The notes under the pieces: generated by a model | Told to the model about the DNA's origin: nothing | Databases searched by the model: none | Seen by the model: the letters and a program-made list of their open reading frames with translations, nothing else | Shown: in pieces, positions 19,553-38,884 of the stretch | Numbering within the stretch: position 1 is the first letter of the stretch | Layout of the letters: the number at the start of each line of letters is the position of its first letter | Source of the DNA: the human T2T-CHM13v2.0 reference genome, Homo sapiens | Assembly: GCF_009914755.1 (NCBI RefSeq) | Contig: NC_060948.1 | Strand: one strand, 5' to 3' | DNA: 64,000 nucleotides | Translations under genes and position numbers: made by a program

Positions 19553-21673
19553 AGATCCATATTTTTTAAATGAAAAAAAATTTCAAAGGTACTCTGCTTG
19601 GTACAATAATAAAATGTATAAACTGAGGAATAAAACATAACCATGAAACCTACTTATAACTGCATATGGAAAATACAGAGGATAGTTTTTTAAATAACAT
19701 ATTTTGAAAGCCTTAACTAGTAATTTGAAGAGTTGGCATTTGAAAGGCCAGTATGAATATACCTTCAAAGCAGCAACACAGGTTCCCCATGAGAAAAAGC
19801 AAACACAGGGAAAATAAAAACACAAAGGTTCAATCTCTTCTGACCTTTGAAAGACACAGCACAGACAGTGGTCCTTAGGACGAAGAGCAGGAGACCCCTA
19901 ATTCCGTCACCATGGCGATAGGGCATAAACATTGCTGGGTGAGGGCACAATCCACATTGTGAGGTCCAACTGCTGCCAGGAAGACAGGAGTGCTTTTACA
20001 TAGACCGAAAGGTCATTGAAGGCTCAGAGTTTTGTTTCAAGAACTGAATCCCAAGCCCACACGTTATTAGGCTGCGCTTCTTAAAACAAGTTATGAGATG
20101 GGAAAAAGGGCACCCACAAACATACGTATACATTATGTATATAATAATATACAGTATCATATATATAATATATATAACCTATGTATAATATTGTTTTACA
20201 TCCTGCATCTTATGTTATATATATTGTATAAAATATAATAATTGATAATATATAAGTTTTATAATTATACAATATGACATATAGTATATATTATAATTTA
20301 TGACATATATAATATATGTTATATATCATATATAGAATATATTATACGGTTAATATACGTATTAAATATAAATTATACATTATATATATTATATATAATA
20401 TATCTGTTATATATAATACCCATTATGCATAATATATATATTATGTCTATGTTATATATAGTATAAAACAACATATAATAATATATAATTGTATATATAA
20501 AATGTGACATATAATATATATTATATTTTATAACATATGTAATATATATTATATATAATACGTTGTATGTATAATACCTATATTAAATATATATTATATG
20601 AGTATGTTATTAATTACATGTCACATGTGTTATATATTATATATTTTACATAGAATATACCGGTTACATACAATATATACTATGTTACCTATAATGTATA
20701 ATTTATTACATGTAAAATAAAGAATGCAATATATTATGTAAAATTTATAACATACAATATGTGGAATGTGATGTATATAACATATAATATATGATATATG
20801 ATATACAGTATATGATATATAACATACAATATATGATTCCTAATATATATGGTATACAATATATATTTTATGATATGTATTCTATATGTTTTATATTCTG
20901 TTATATATAACTATTTGAAATTATATATAACTGTATAATATTTTATGTAAATATGTAATATAATATATATAACTATATAATATATTATATATAACTATAT
21001 ATTATGTTATATATACTTTTATAACATAATTTACATAAAATATCATAATATAATATATATTATATTATTTCATATTACATAATATATATTACATATCACC
21101 CAATATAACTAACATACATAATATTATAATATAGATTATATTGTGTAATATTAAATATCATATATATCATGTATCATATATTCTATAATATATATTACAC
21201 ATTATATAACATGTATGTTGTCTATTATGTGATATATATAACTATATATATAATTATATTTTTATACATATAACTAGATAAACATGTAATTCTACATATT
21301 TTCATTTATAATATGTAGAATTATATAATCATATATAATTATTTATATTGTATAAAAAATTTTATCATTATATAAATTATAATATATAAAAATTATAATA
21401 GGTACTACAAATATATATATTATATATCATATATGATATAGTACCTTTGTTATATATCATAATACATATAAATGTGTATTATGTTATCTATAATTATATA
21501 ATTTCATATATAAGATGTATAATATGTATCATATATTATATATGTTATGTAATATATATAGTATATATAAGATGACACAGGATAAATATTATATACTATG
21601 ACATATAAAATATATGAGGTTATATGTTACATATAAGGCATAGCACATAACATGTAATATATATCATATATAA

Positions 21674-21965
21674 TTTTTTTTTAGACAGAATCTTGTCCTG
21701 TTGCACAGGGTGGGGTACAATGGCGCCATCTTTGCTCACTGCAACTTCTGCCTCACGGATCCAAGCGATTGTCCTCCCTCAGCCTCCCAGGTAGCTGGGA
21801 CTACACCACACTGGGACTACACCAGCTGCCACCATGCCTAGCTAATTTTTTGGATTTTTAGTAGTGACAGCGTTTCACTGTATTGGCCAGGATGGTCTTG
21901 ATCTCTTCACCTTGTGATCCCCTTGCCTTGGCCTCCAAATTTGCTGGGATTACAGGCCTGAGCCA
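21674..21965 (-). mobile_element. Alu, DYZ2 unit U10
   Basis: Near-identical copy; carries a private GGATCC variant at 21757. Confidence 0.93.
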
Positions 21966-24072
21966 AGATCCATATTTTTTAAATGAAAAAAAATTTCAAA
22001 GGTACTCTGCTTGGTACAATAATCAAATGTATAAACTGAGGAATAAAACATAACCATGAAACCTACTTATAACTGCATATGGAAAATACAGAGGATAATT
22101 TTTTAAATAACATATTTTGAAAGCCTTAACTAGTAATTTGAAGAGTTGGCATTTGAAAGGCCAGTATGAATATACCTTCAAAGCAGCAACACAGGTTCCC
22201 CATGAGAAAAAGCAAACACAGGGAAAATAAAAACACAAAGGTTCAATCTCTTCTGACCTTTGAAAGACACAGCACAGACAGTGGTCCTTAGGACGAAGAG
22301 CAGGAGACCCCTAATTCCGTCACCATGGCGATAGGGCATAAACATTGCTGGGTGAGGGCACAATCCACATTGTGAGGTCCAACTGCTGCCAGGAAGACAG
22401 GAGTGCTTTTACATAGACCGAAAGGTCATTGAAGGCTCAGAGTTTTGTTTCAAGAACTGAATCCCAAGCCCACACGTTATTAGGCTGCGCTTCTTAAAAC
22501 AAGTTATGAGATGGGAAAAAGGGCACCCACAAACATACGTATACATTATGTATATAATAATATACAGTGTCATATATATAATATATATAACCTATGTATA
22601 ATATTGTTTTACATCCTGCATCTTATGTTATTTATATTGTATAAAATATAATAATTGATAATATATAAGTTTTATAATTATACAATATGACATATAGTAT
22701 ATATTATAATTTATGACATATATAATATATGTTATATATCATATATCGAATATATTATACGGTTAATATACGTATTAAATATAAATTATACATTATATAT
22801 ATTATATATAATATATCTGTTATATATAATACCCATTATGCATAATATATATATTATGTCTATGTTATATATAGTATAAAACAACATATAATAATATATA
22901 ATTGTATATATAAAATGCGACATATAATATATATTATATTTTATAACATATGTAATATATATTATATATTATATATAATACGTTGTATGTATAATACCTA
23001 TATTAAATATATATTATATGACTATGTTATTAATTACATGTCACATGTGATATATATTATATATTTTACATAGAATATACCGGTTACATACAATATATAC
23101 TATGTTACCTATAATGTATAATTTATTACATGTAAAATAAAGAATGCAATATATTATGTAAAATTTATAACATACAATATGTGGAATGTGATATATATAA
23201 CATATAATATATGATATATGATATACAGTATATGATATATAACATACAATATATGAGTCCTATTATATATGGTATACAATATATATTTTATGATATGTAT
23301 TCTATATGTTTTATATTCTGTTATATATAACTATTTGAAATTATATATAACTGTATAATATTTTATGTAAATATGTAATATAATATATATAACTATATAA
23401 TATATTATATATAACTATATATTATGTTATATATACTTTTATAACATAATTTACATAAAATATCATAAGATAATATATATTATATTATTTCATATTACAT
23501 AATATATATTACATATCACCCAATATATCTAACATACATAATATTATAATATAGATTATATTATGTTATATTAAATATCATATATATCATGTATCATATA
23601 TTCTATAATATATATTACACATTATATAATATGTATGTTGTCTATTATGTGATATATATAACTATATATATAATTATATTTTTATACATATAACTAGATA
23701 AACATGTAATCCTACATATTTTCATTTATAATATGTAGAATTATATAATCATATGTAATTATTTATATTCTATAAAAAATTTTATCATTATATAAATTAT
23801 AATATATAAAAATTATAATATGTACTACAAATATATATATATTATATATCATATATGATATAGTACCTTTGTTATATATCATAATACATATAAATGTGTA
23901 TTATGTTATCTATAATTATATAATTTCATATATAAGATGTATAATATGTATCATATATTATATATGTTATGTAATATATATAGTATATATAAGATGACAC
24001 AGGATAAATATTATATACTATGACATATAAAATATATGAGGTTATATGTTACATATAAGGCATAGCACATAA

Positions 24073-24387
<315 letters not shown>

Positions 24388-26494
24388 AGATCCATACTTT
24401 TTAAATGAAAAAAAATTTCAAAGGTACTCTGCTTGGTACAATAATCAAATGTATAAACTGAGGAATAAAACATAACCATGAAACCTACTTATAACTGCAT
24501 ATGGAAAATACAGAGGATAATTTTTTAAATAACATATTTTGAAAGCCTTAACTAGTAATTTGAAGAGTTGGCATTTGAAAGGCCAGTATGAATATACCTT
24601 CAAAGCAGCAACACAGGTTCCCCATGAGAAAAAGCAAACACAGGGAAAATAAAAACACAAAGGTTCAATCTCTTCTGACCTTTGAAAGACACAGCACAGA
24701 CAGTGGTCCTTAGGACGAAGAGCAGGAGACCCCTAATTCCGTCACCATGGCGATAGGGCATAAACATTGCTGGGTGAGGGCACAATCCACATTGTGAGGT
24801 CCAACTGCTGCCAGGAAGACAGGAGTGCTTTTACATAGACCGAAAGGTCATTGAAGGCTCAGAGTTTTGTTTCAAGAACTGAATCCCAAGCCCACACGTT
24901 ATTAGGCTGCGCTTCTTAAAACAAGTTATGAGATGGGAAAAAGGGCACCCACAAACATACGTATACATTATGTATATAATAATATACAGTGTCATATATA
25001 TAATATATATAACCTATGTATAATATTGTTTTACATCCTGCATCTTATGTTATTTATATTGTATAAAATATAATAATTGATAATATATAAGTTTTATAAT
25101 TATACAATATGACATATAGTATATATTATAATTTATGACATATATAATATATGTTATATATCATATATTGAATATATTATACGGTTAATATACGTATTAA
25201 ATATAAATTATACATTATATATATTATATATAATATATCTGTTATATATAATACCCATTATGCATAATATATATATTATGTCTATGTTATATATAGTATA
25301 AAACAACATATAATAATATATAATTGTATATATAAAATGCGACATATAATATATATTATATTTTATAACACATGTAATATATATTATATATTATATATAA
25401 TACGTTGTATGTATAATACCTATATTAAATATATATTATATGACTATGTTATTAATTACATGTCACATGTGATATATATTATATATTTTACATAGAATAT
25501 ACCGGTTACATACAATATATACTATGTTACCTATAATGTATAATTTATTACATGTAAAATAAAGAATGCAATATATTATGTAAAATTTATAACATACAAT
25601 ATGTGGAATGTGATATATATAACATATAATATATGATATATGATATACAGTATATGATATATAACATACAATATATGATTCCTATTATATATGGTATACA
25701 ATATATATTTTATGATATGTATTCTATATGTTTTATATTCTGTTATATATAACTATTTGAAATTATATATAACTGTATAATATTTTATGTAAATATGTAA
25801 TATAATATATATAACTATATAATATATTATATATAACTATATATTATGTTATATATACTTTTATAACATAATTTACATAAAATATCATAAGATAATATAT
25901 ATTATATTATTTCATATTACATAATATATATTACATATCACCCAATATATCTAACATACATAATATTATAATATAGATTATATTATGTTATATTAAATAT
26001 CATATATATCATGTATCATATATTCTATAATATATATTACACATTATATAATATGTATGTTGTCTATTATGTGATATATATAACTATATATATAATTATA
26101 TTTTTATACATATAACTAGATAAACATGTAATCCTACATATTTTCATTTATAATATGTAGAATTATATAATCATATGTAATTATTTATATTCTATAAAAA
26201 ATTTTATCATTATATAAATTATAATATATAAAAATTATAATATGTACTACAAATATATATATATTATATATCATATATGATATAGTACCTTTGTTATATA
26301 TCATAATACATATAAATGTGTATTATGTTATCTATAATTATATAATTTCATATATAAGATGTATAATATGTATCATATATTATATATGTTATGTAATATA
26401 TATAGTATATATAAGATGACACAGGATAAATATTATATACTATGACATATAAAATATATGAGGTTATATGTTACATATAAGGCATAGCACATAA

Positions 26495-26809
<315 letters not shown>

Positions 26810-28937
26810 AGATCCATACTTTTTAAATGAAAAAAAATTTCAAAGGTACTCTGCTTGGTACAATAATCAAATGTATAAACTGAGGAATAAAACATAACCA
26901 TGAAACCTACTTATAACTGCATATGGAAAATACAGAGGATAATTTTTTAAATAACATATTTTGAAAGCCTTAACTAGTAATTTGAAGAGTTGGCATTTGA
27001 AAGGCCAGTATGAATATACCTTCAAAGCAGCAACACAGGTTCCCCATGAGAAAAAGCAAACTCAGGGAAAATAAAAACACAAAGGTTCAATCTCTTCTGA
27101 CCTTTGAAAGACACAGCACAGACAGTGGTCCTTAGGACGAAGAGCAGGAGACCCCTAATTCCGTCACCATGGCGATAGGGCATAAACATTGCTGGGTGAG
27201 GGCACAATCCACATTGTGAGGTCCAACTGCTGCCAGGAAGACAGCAGTGCTTTTACATAGACCGAAAGGTCATTGAAGGCTCAGAGTTTTGTTTCAAGAA
27301 CTGAATCCCAAGCCCACACGTTATTAGGCTGCGCTTCTTAAAACAAGTTATGAGATGGGAAAAAGGGCACCCACAAACATACGTATACATTATGTATATA
27401 ATAATATACAGTGTCATATATATATTATATATAACCTATGTATAATATAGTTTTACATCCTGCATCTTATGTTATATATATTGTATAAAATATAATTATT
27501 GATAATATATAAGTTTTATAATTATACTATATGACATATAGTATATATTATAATTTATGACATATATAATATATGTTATATATCATATATAGAATATATT
27601 ATACGGTTAATATACGTATTAAATATAAATTATACATTATATATATTATATATAATATATCTGTTATATATAATACCCATTATGCATAATATATATACTA
27701 TGTCTATGTTATATATAGTATAAAACAACATATAATAATATATAATTGTATATATAAAATGCGACATATAATATATATTATATTTTATAACATATGTAAT
27801 ATATATTATATATTATATATAATACGTTGTATGTATAATACCTATATTAAATATATATTATATGACTATGTTATTAATTACATGTCACATGTGTTATATA
27901 TTATATATTTTACATAGAATATACCGGTTACATACAATATATACTATGTTACCTATAATGTATAATTTATTACATGTAAAATAAAGAATGCAATATATTA
28001 TGTAAAATTTATAACATACAATATGTGGAATGTGATATATATAACATATAATATATGATATATGATATACAATATATGATATATAACATACAATATATGA
28101 TTCCTAATATATATGGTATACAATATATATTTTATGATATGTATTCTCTTTGTTTTATATTCTGTTATATATAACTATTTGAAATTATATATAACTGTAT
28201 AATATTTTATGTAAATATGTAATATAATATATATAACTATATAATATATTATATATAACTATATATTATGTTATATATACTTTTATAACATAATTTACAT
28301 AAAATATCATAATATAATATATATTATATTATTTCATATTACATAATATATATTACATATCACCCAATATAACTAACATACATAATATTATAATATAGAT
28401 TATATTGTGTTATATTAAATATCATATATATCATGTATCATATATTCTATAATATATATTACACATTATATAATATGTATGTTGTCTATTATGTGATATA
28501 TATAACTATATATATAATTATATTTTTATACATATAACTAGATAAACATGTAATTCTACATATTTTCATTTATAATATGTAGAATTATATAATCATATAT
28601 AATTATTTATATTCTATAAAAAATTTTATCATTATATAAATTATAATATATAAAAATTATCATATGTACTACAAATATATATATTGTATATCATATATGA
28701 TATAGTATCTTTGTTATATATCATAATACATATAAATGTGTATTATGTTATCTATAATTATATAATTTCATATATAAGATATATAATATGTATCATATAT
28801 TATATATGTTATGTAATATATATAGTATATATAAGATGACACAGGATAAATATTATATACTATGACATATAAAATATATGAGGTTATATGTTACATATAA
28901 GGCATAGCACATAACATGTAATATATATCATATATAA

Positions 28938-29229
28938 TTTTTTTTTAGACAGAATCTTGTCCTGTTGCACACGGTGGGGTACAATGGCGCCATCTTTGCT
29001 CACTGCAACTTCTGCCTCACGGGTCCAAGCGATTGTCCTCCCTCAGCCTCCCAGGTAGCTGGGACTACACCACACTGGGACTACACCAGCTGCCACCATG
29101 CCTAGCTAATTTTTTGGATTTTTAGTAGTGACAGCGTTTCACTGTATTGGCCAGGATGGTCTTGATCTCTTCACCTTGTGATCCCCTTGCCTTGGCCTCC
29201 AAATTTGCTGGGATTACAGGCCTGAGCCA
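28938..29229 (-). mobile_element. Alu, DYZ2 unit U13
   Basis: Near-identical copy of the Alu at 2350-2641. Confidence 0.93.
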
Positions 29230-31325
29230 AGATCCATATTTTTTAAATGAAAAAAAATTTCAAAGGTACTCTGCTTGGTACAATAATCAAATGTATAAAC
29301 TGAGGAATAAAACATAACCATGAAACCTACTTATAACTGCATATGGAAAATACAGAGGATAATTTTTTAAATAACATATTTTGAAAGCCTTAACTAGTAA
29401 TTTGAAGAGTTGGCATTTGAAAGGCCAGTATGAATATACCTTCAAAGCAGCAACACAGGTTCCCCATGAGAAAAAGCAAACACAGGGAAAATAAAAACAC
29501 AAAGGTTCAATCTCTTCTGACCTTTGAAAGACACAGCACAGACAGTGGTCCTTAGGACGAAGAGCAGGAGACCCCTAATTCCGTCACCATGGCGATAGGG
29601 CATAAACATTGCTGGGTGAGGGCACAATCCACATTGTGAGGTCCAACTGCTGCCAGGAAGACAGGAGTGCTTTTACATAGACCGAAAGGTCATTGAAGGC
29701 TCAGAGTTTTGTTTCAAGAACTGAATCCCAAGCCCACACGTTATTAGGCTGCGCTTCTTAAAACAAGTTATGAGATGGTAAAAAGGGCACCCACAAACAT
29801 ACGTATACATTATGTATATAATAATATACAGTATCATATATATAATATATATAACCTATGTATAATATTGTTTTACATCCTGCATCTTATGTTATATATA
29901 TTGTATAAAATATAATAATTGATAATATATAAGTTTTATAATTATACAATATGACATATAGTATATATTATAATTTATGACATATATAATATATGTTATA
30001 TATCATATATAGAATATATTATACGGTTAATATACGTATTAAATATAAATTATACATTATATATATTATATATAATATATCTGTTATATATAATACCCAT
30101 TATGTATAATATATATATTATGTCTATGTTATATATAGTATAAAACAACATATAATAATATATAATTGTATATATAAAATGCGACATATAATATATATTA
30201 TATTTTATAACATATGTAATATATATTATATATAATACGTTGTATGTATAATACCTATATTAAATATATATTATATGACTATGTTATTAATTACATGTCA
30301 CATGTGTTATATATTATATATTTTACATAGAATATACCGGTTACATACAATATATACTATGTTACCTATAATGTATAATTTATTACATGTAAAATAAAGA
30401 ATGCAATATATTATGTATAATTTATAATATACAATATGTGAAATGTGATATATATAACATATAATATATGATATATGATATACAGTATATGATATATAAC
30501 ATACAATATATGATTCCTAATATACATGGTATACAATATATATTTTATGATATGTATTCTATATGTTTTATATTCTGTTATATATAACTATTTGAAATTA
30601 TATATAACTGTATAATATTTTATGTAAATATGTAATATAATATATATAACTATATAATATATTATATATAACTATATATTATGTTATATATATTTTTATA
30701 ACATAATTTACATAAAATATCATAATATAATATATATTATATTATTTCATATTACATAATATATATTACATATCACCCAATATAACTAACATACATAATA
30801 TTATAATATAGATTACATTATGTTATATTAAATATCATATATATCATGTATCATATATTCTATAATATATATTACACATTATATAATATGTATGTTGTCT
30901 ATTATGTGATATATATAACTATATATAATTATATTTTTATACATATAACTAGATAAACATGTAATTCTACATATTTTCATTTATAATATGTAGAATTATA
31001 TAATCATATATAATTATTTATATTCTATAAAAAATTTTATCATTATATAAATTATAATATATAAAAATTATAATATGTACTACAAATATATATATTATAT
31101 ATCATATATGATATAGTACCTTTGTTATATATCATAATACATATAAATGTGTATTATGTTTTCTATAATTATATAATTTCATATATAAGATGTATAATAT
31201 GTATCATATATTATATATGTTATGTAATATATATAGTATATATAAGATGACACAGGATAAATATTATATACTATGACATATAAAATATATGAGGTTATAT
31301 GTTACATATAAGGCATAGCACATAA

Positions 31326-31640
<315 letters not shown>

Positions 31641-33734
31641 AGATCCATATTTTTTAAATGAAAAAAAATTTCAAAGGTACTCTGCTTGGTACAATAATCA
31701 AATGTATAAACTGAGGAATAAAACATAACCATGAAACCTACTTATAACTGCATATGGAAAATACAGAGGATAATTTTTTAAATAACATATTTTGAAAGCC
31801 TTAACTAGTAATTTGAAGAGTTGGCATTTGAAAGGCCAGTATGAATATACCTTCAAAGCAGCAACACAGGTTCCCCATGAGAAAAAGCAAACACAGGGAA
31901 AATAAAAACACAAAGGTTCAATCTCTTCTGACCTTTGAAAGACACAGCACAGACAGTGGTCCTTAGGACGAAGAGCAGGAGACCCCTAATTCCGTCACCA
32001 TGGCGATAGGGCATAAACATTGCTGGGTGAGGGCACAATCCACATTGTGAGGTCCAACTGCTGCCAGGAAGACAGGAGTGCTTTTACATAGACCGAAAGG
32101 TCATTGAAGGCTCAGAGTTTTGTTTCAAGAACTGAATCCCAAGCCCACACGTTATTAGGCTGCGCTTCTTAAAACAAGTTATGAGATGGGAAAAAGGGCA
32201 CCCACAAACATACGTATACATTATGTATATAATAATATACTGTATCATATATATAATATATATAACCTATGTATAATATTGTTTTACATCCTGCATCTTA
32301 TGTTATATATATTGTATAAAATATAATAATTGATAATATATAAGTTTTATAATTATACAATATGACATATAGTATATATTATAATTTATGACATATATAA
32401 TATATGTTATATATCATATATAGAATATATTATACGGTTAATATACGTATTAAATATAAATTATACATTATATATATTATATATAATATATCTGTTATAT
32501 ATAATACCCATTATGTATAATATATATTATGTCTATGTTATATATAGTATAAAACAACATATAATAATATATAATTGTATATATAAAATGCGACATATAA
32601 TATATATTATAATTTATAACATATGTAATATATATTATATATAATACGTTGTATGTATAATAGCTATATTAAATATATATTATATGACTATGTTATTAAT
32701 TACATGTCACATGTGTTATATATTATATATTTTACATAGAATATACCGGTTACATACAATATATACTATGTTACCTATAATGTATAATTTATTACATGTA
32801 AAATAAAGAATGCAATATATTATGTATAATTTATAATATACAATATGTGGAATGTGATATATATAACATATAATATATGATATATGATATACAGTATATG
32901 ATATATAACATACAATATATGATTCCTAATATACATGGTATACAATATATATTTTATGATATGTATTCTATATGTTTTATATTCTGTTATATATAACTAT
33001 TTGAAATTATATATAACTGTATAATATTTTAAATAAATATGTAATATAATATATATAACTATATAATATATTATATATAACTATATATTATGTTATATAT
33101 ACTTTTATAACATAATTTACATAAAATATCATAATATAATATATATTATATTATTTCATATTACATAATATATATTACATATCACCCAATATAACTAACA
33201 TACATAATATTATAATATAGATTACATTATGTTATATTAAATATCATATATATCATGTATCATATATTCTATAATATATATTACACATTATATAATATGT
33301 ATGTTGTCTATTATGTGATATATATAACTATATATAATTATATTTTTATACATATAACTAGATAAACATGTAATTCTACATATTTTCATTTATAATATGT
33401 AGAATTATATAATCATATATAATTATTTATATTCTATAAAAAATTTTATCATTATATAAATTATAATATATAAAAATTATAATATGTACTACAAATATAT
33501 ATATTATATATCATATATGATATAGTACCTTTGTTATATATCATAATACATATAAATGTGTATTATGTTTTCTATAATTATATAATTTCATATATAAGAT
33601 GTATAATATGTATCATATATTATATATGTTATGTAATATATATAGTATATATAAGATGACACAGGATAAATATTATATACTATGACATATAAAATATATG
33701 AGGTTATATGTTACATATAAGGCATAGCACATAA

Positions 33735-34049
<315 letters not shown>

Positions 34050-36172
34050 AGATCCATATTTTTTAAATGAAAAAAAATTTCAAAGGTACTCTGCTTGGTA
34101 CAATAATCAAATGTATAAACTGAGGAATAAAACATAACCATGAAACCTACTTATAACTGCATATGGAAAATACAGAGGATAATTTTTTAAATAACATATT
34201 TTGAAAGCCTTAACTAGTAATTTGAAGAGCTGGCATTTGAAAGGCCAGTATGAATATACCTTCAAAGCAGCAACACAGGTTCCCCATGAGAAAAAGCAAA
34301 CACAGGGAAAATAAAAACACAAAGGTTCAATCTCTTCTGACCTTTGAAAGACACAGCACAGACAGTGGTCCTTAGGACGAACAGCAGGAGACCCCTAATT
34401 CCGTCACCATGGCGATAGGGCATAAACATTGCTGGGTGAGGGCACAATCCACATTGTGAGGTCCAACTGCTGCCAGGAAGACAGGAGTGCTTTTACATAG
34501 ACCGAAAGGTCATTGAAGGCTCAGAGTTTTGTTTCAAGAACTGAATCCCAAGCCCACACGTTATTAGGCTGCGCTTCTTAAAACAAGTTATGAGATGGGA
34601 AAAAGGGCACCCACAAACATACGTATACATTATGTATATAATAATATACAGTATCATATATATAATATATATAACCTATGTATAATATTGTTTTACATCC
34701 TGCATCTTATGTTATATATATTGTATAAAATATAATAATTGATAATATATAAGTTTTATATTTATACAATATGACATATAGTATATATTATAATTTATGA
34801 CATATATAATATATGTTATATGTCATATATAGAATATATTATACGGTTAATATACGTATTAAATATAAATTAGACCTTATATATATTATACATAATATAT
34901 CTGTTATATATAATACCCATTATGCATAATATATATATTATGTCTATGTTATATATAGTATAAAACAACATATAATAATATATAATTGTATATATAAAAT
35001 GCGACATATAATATATATTATATTTTATAACATATGTAATATATATTATATATTATATATAATACGTTGTATGTATAATACCTATATTAAATATATATTA
35101 TATGACTATGTTATTAATTACATGTCACATGTGTTATATATTATATATTTTACATAGAATATACCGGTTACATACAATATATACTATGTTACCTATAATG
35201 TATAATTTATTACATGTAAAATAAATAATGCAATATATTATGTATAATTTATGATATACCTTATGTGGAATGTGATATATATAACATATAATATATGATG
35301 TATGATATACAGTATATGATATATAACATACAATATATGATTCCTAATACATATGGTATACAATATATATTTTATGATATGTATTCTATATGTTTTATAT
35401 TCTGTTATATATAACTATTTGAAATTATATATAACTGTATAATATTTTCTGTAAATATGTAATATAATATATATAACTATATAATATATTATATATAACT
35501 ATATATTATGTTATATATACTTTTATAACATAATTTACATAAAATATCATAATATATATTATATTATTTCATATTACATAATATATATTACATATCACCC
35601 AATATAACTAACATACATAATATTATAATATAGATTATATTGTGTTATATTAAATATCATATATATCATGTATCATATATTCTATACTATATATTACACA
35701 TTATATAATATGTATGTTGTCTATTATGTGATATATATAACTATATATATAATTATATTTTTATTCATATAACTAGATAAACATGTAATTCTACATATTT
35801 TCATTTATAATATGTAGAATTATATAATCATATATAATTATTTATATTCTATAAAAAATTTTATCATTCTATAAATTATAATATATAAAAATTATAATAT
35901 GTACTACAAATATATATATTATATATCATATATGCTATAGTACCTTTGTTATATATCATAATACATATAAATGTGTATTATGTTATCTATAATTATATAA
36001 TTTCATATATAAGATGTATAATATGTATCATATATTATATATGTTATGTAATATATATAGTATATATAAGATGACACAGGATAAATATTATATACTATGA
36101 CATATAAAATATATGAGGTTATATGTTACATATAAGGCATAGCACATAACATGTAATATATATCATATATAA

Positions 36173-36464
36173 TTTTTTTTTAGACAGAATCTTGTCCTGT
36201 TGCACAGGGTGGGGTACAATGGCGCCATCTTTGCTCACTGCAAAATCTGCCTCACGGGTCCAAGCGATTGTCCTCCCTCAGCCTCCCAGGTAGCTGGGAC
36301 TACACCACACTGGGACTACACCAGCTGCCACCATGCCTAGCTAATTTTTTGGATTTTTAGTAGTGACAGCGTTTCACTGTATTGGCCAGGATGGTCTTGA
36401 TCTCTTCACCTTGTGATCCCCTTGCCTTGGCCTCCAAATTTGCTGGGATTACAGGCCTGAGCCA
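36173..36464 (-). mobile_element. Alu, DYZ2 unit U16
   Basis: Near-identical copy of the Alu at 2350-2641. Confidence 0.93.
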
Positions 36465-38569
36465 AGATCCATATTTTTTAAATGAAAAAAACTTTCAAAG
36501 GTACTCTGCTTGGTACAATAATCAAATGTATAAACTGAGGAATAAAACATAACCATGAAACCTACTTATAACTGCATATGGAAAATACAGAGGATAATTT
36601 TTTAAATAACATATTTTGAAAGCCTTAACTAGTAATTTGAAGAGTTGGCATTTGAAAGGCCAGTATGAATATACCTTCAAAGCAGCAACACAGGTTCCCC
36701 ATGATAAAAAGCAAACACAGGGAAAATAAAAACACAAAGGTTCAATCTCTTCTGACCTTTGAAAGACACAGCACAGACAGTGGTCCTTAGGACGAAGAGC
36801 AGGAGACCCCTAATTCCGTCACCATGGCGATAGGGCATAAACATTGCTGGGTGAGGGCACAATCCACATTGTGAGGTCCAACTGCTGCCAGGAAGACAGG
36901 AGTGCTTTTACATAGACCGAAAGGTCATTGAAGGCTCAGAGTTTTGTTTCAAGAACTGAATCCCAAGCCCACACGTTATTAGGCTGCGCTTCTTAAAACA
37001 AGTTATGAGATGGGAAAAAGGGCACCCACAAACATACGTATACATTATGTATATAATAATATACAGTGTCATATATATAATATATATAACCTATGTATAA
37101 TATTGTTTTACATCCTGCATCTTATGTTATATATATTGTATAAAATATAATAATTGATAATATATAAGTTTTATATTTATACAATATGACATATAGTATA
37201 TATTATAATTTATGAGATATATAATATATGTTATATGTCATATATAGAATATATTATACGGTTAATATACGTATTAAATATAAATTATACATTATATATA
37301 TTATATATAATATATCTGTTATATATAATACCCATTATGCATAATATATATATTATGTCTATGTTATATATAGTATAAAACAACATAAAATAATATATAA
37401 TTGTATATATAAAATGCGACATATAATATATATTATATTTTATAACATATGTAATATATATTATATATTATATATAATACGTTGTATGTATAATACCTAT
37501 ATTAAATATATATTATATGACTATGTTATTAATTACATGTCACATGTGTTATATATTATATATTTTACATAGAATATACCGGTTACATACAATATATACT
37601 ATGTTACCTATAATGTATAATTTATTACATGTAAAATAAAGAATGCAATATATTATGTATAATTTATAATATACCATATGTGGAATGTGATATATATAAC
37701 ATATAATATATGATATATGATATACAGTATATGATATATAACATACAATATATGATTCCTAATATATATGGTATACAATATATATTTTATGATATGTATT
37801 CTATATGTTTTATATTCTGTTATATATAACTATTTGAAATTATATATAACTGTATAATATTTTATGTAAATATGTAATATAATATATATAACTATATAAT
37901 ATATTATATATAACTATATATTATGTTATATATACTTTTATAACATAATTTACATAAAATATCATAATATAATATATATTATATTATTTCATATTACATA
38001 ATATATATTACATATCTCCCAATATAACTAACATACATAATATTATAATATAGATTATATTGTGTTATATTAAATATCATATATATCATGTATCATATAT
38101 TCTATAATATATATTACACATTATATAATATGTACGTTGTCTATTATGTGATATATATAACTCTATATATAATTATATTTTTATACATATAACTAGATAA
38201 ACATGTAATTCTACATATTTTCATTTATAATATGTAGAATTATATAATCATATATAATTATTTATATTCTATAAAAAATTTTATCATTCTATCAATTATA
38301 ATATATAAAAATTATAATATGTACTACAAATATATATATTATATATCATATATGATATAGTACCTTTGTTATATATCATAATACATATAAATGTGTATTA
38401 TGTTATCTATAATTATATAATTTCATATATAAGATGTATAATATGTATCATATATTATATATGTTATGTAATATATATAGTATATATAAGATGACACAGG
38501 ATAAATATTATATACTATGACATATAAAATATATGAGGTTATATGTTACATATAAGGCATAGCACATAA

Positions 38570-38884
<315 letters not shown>

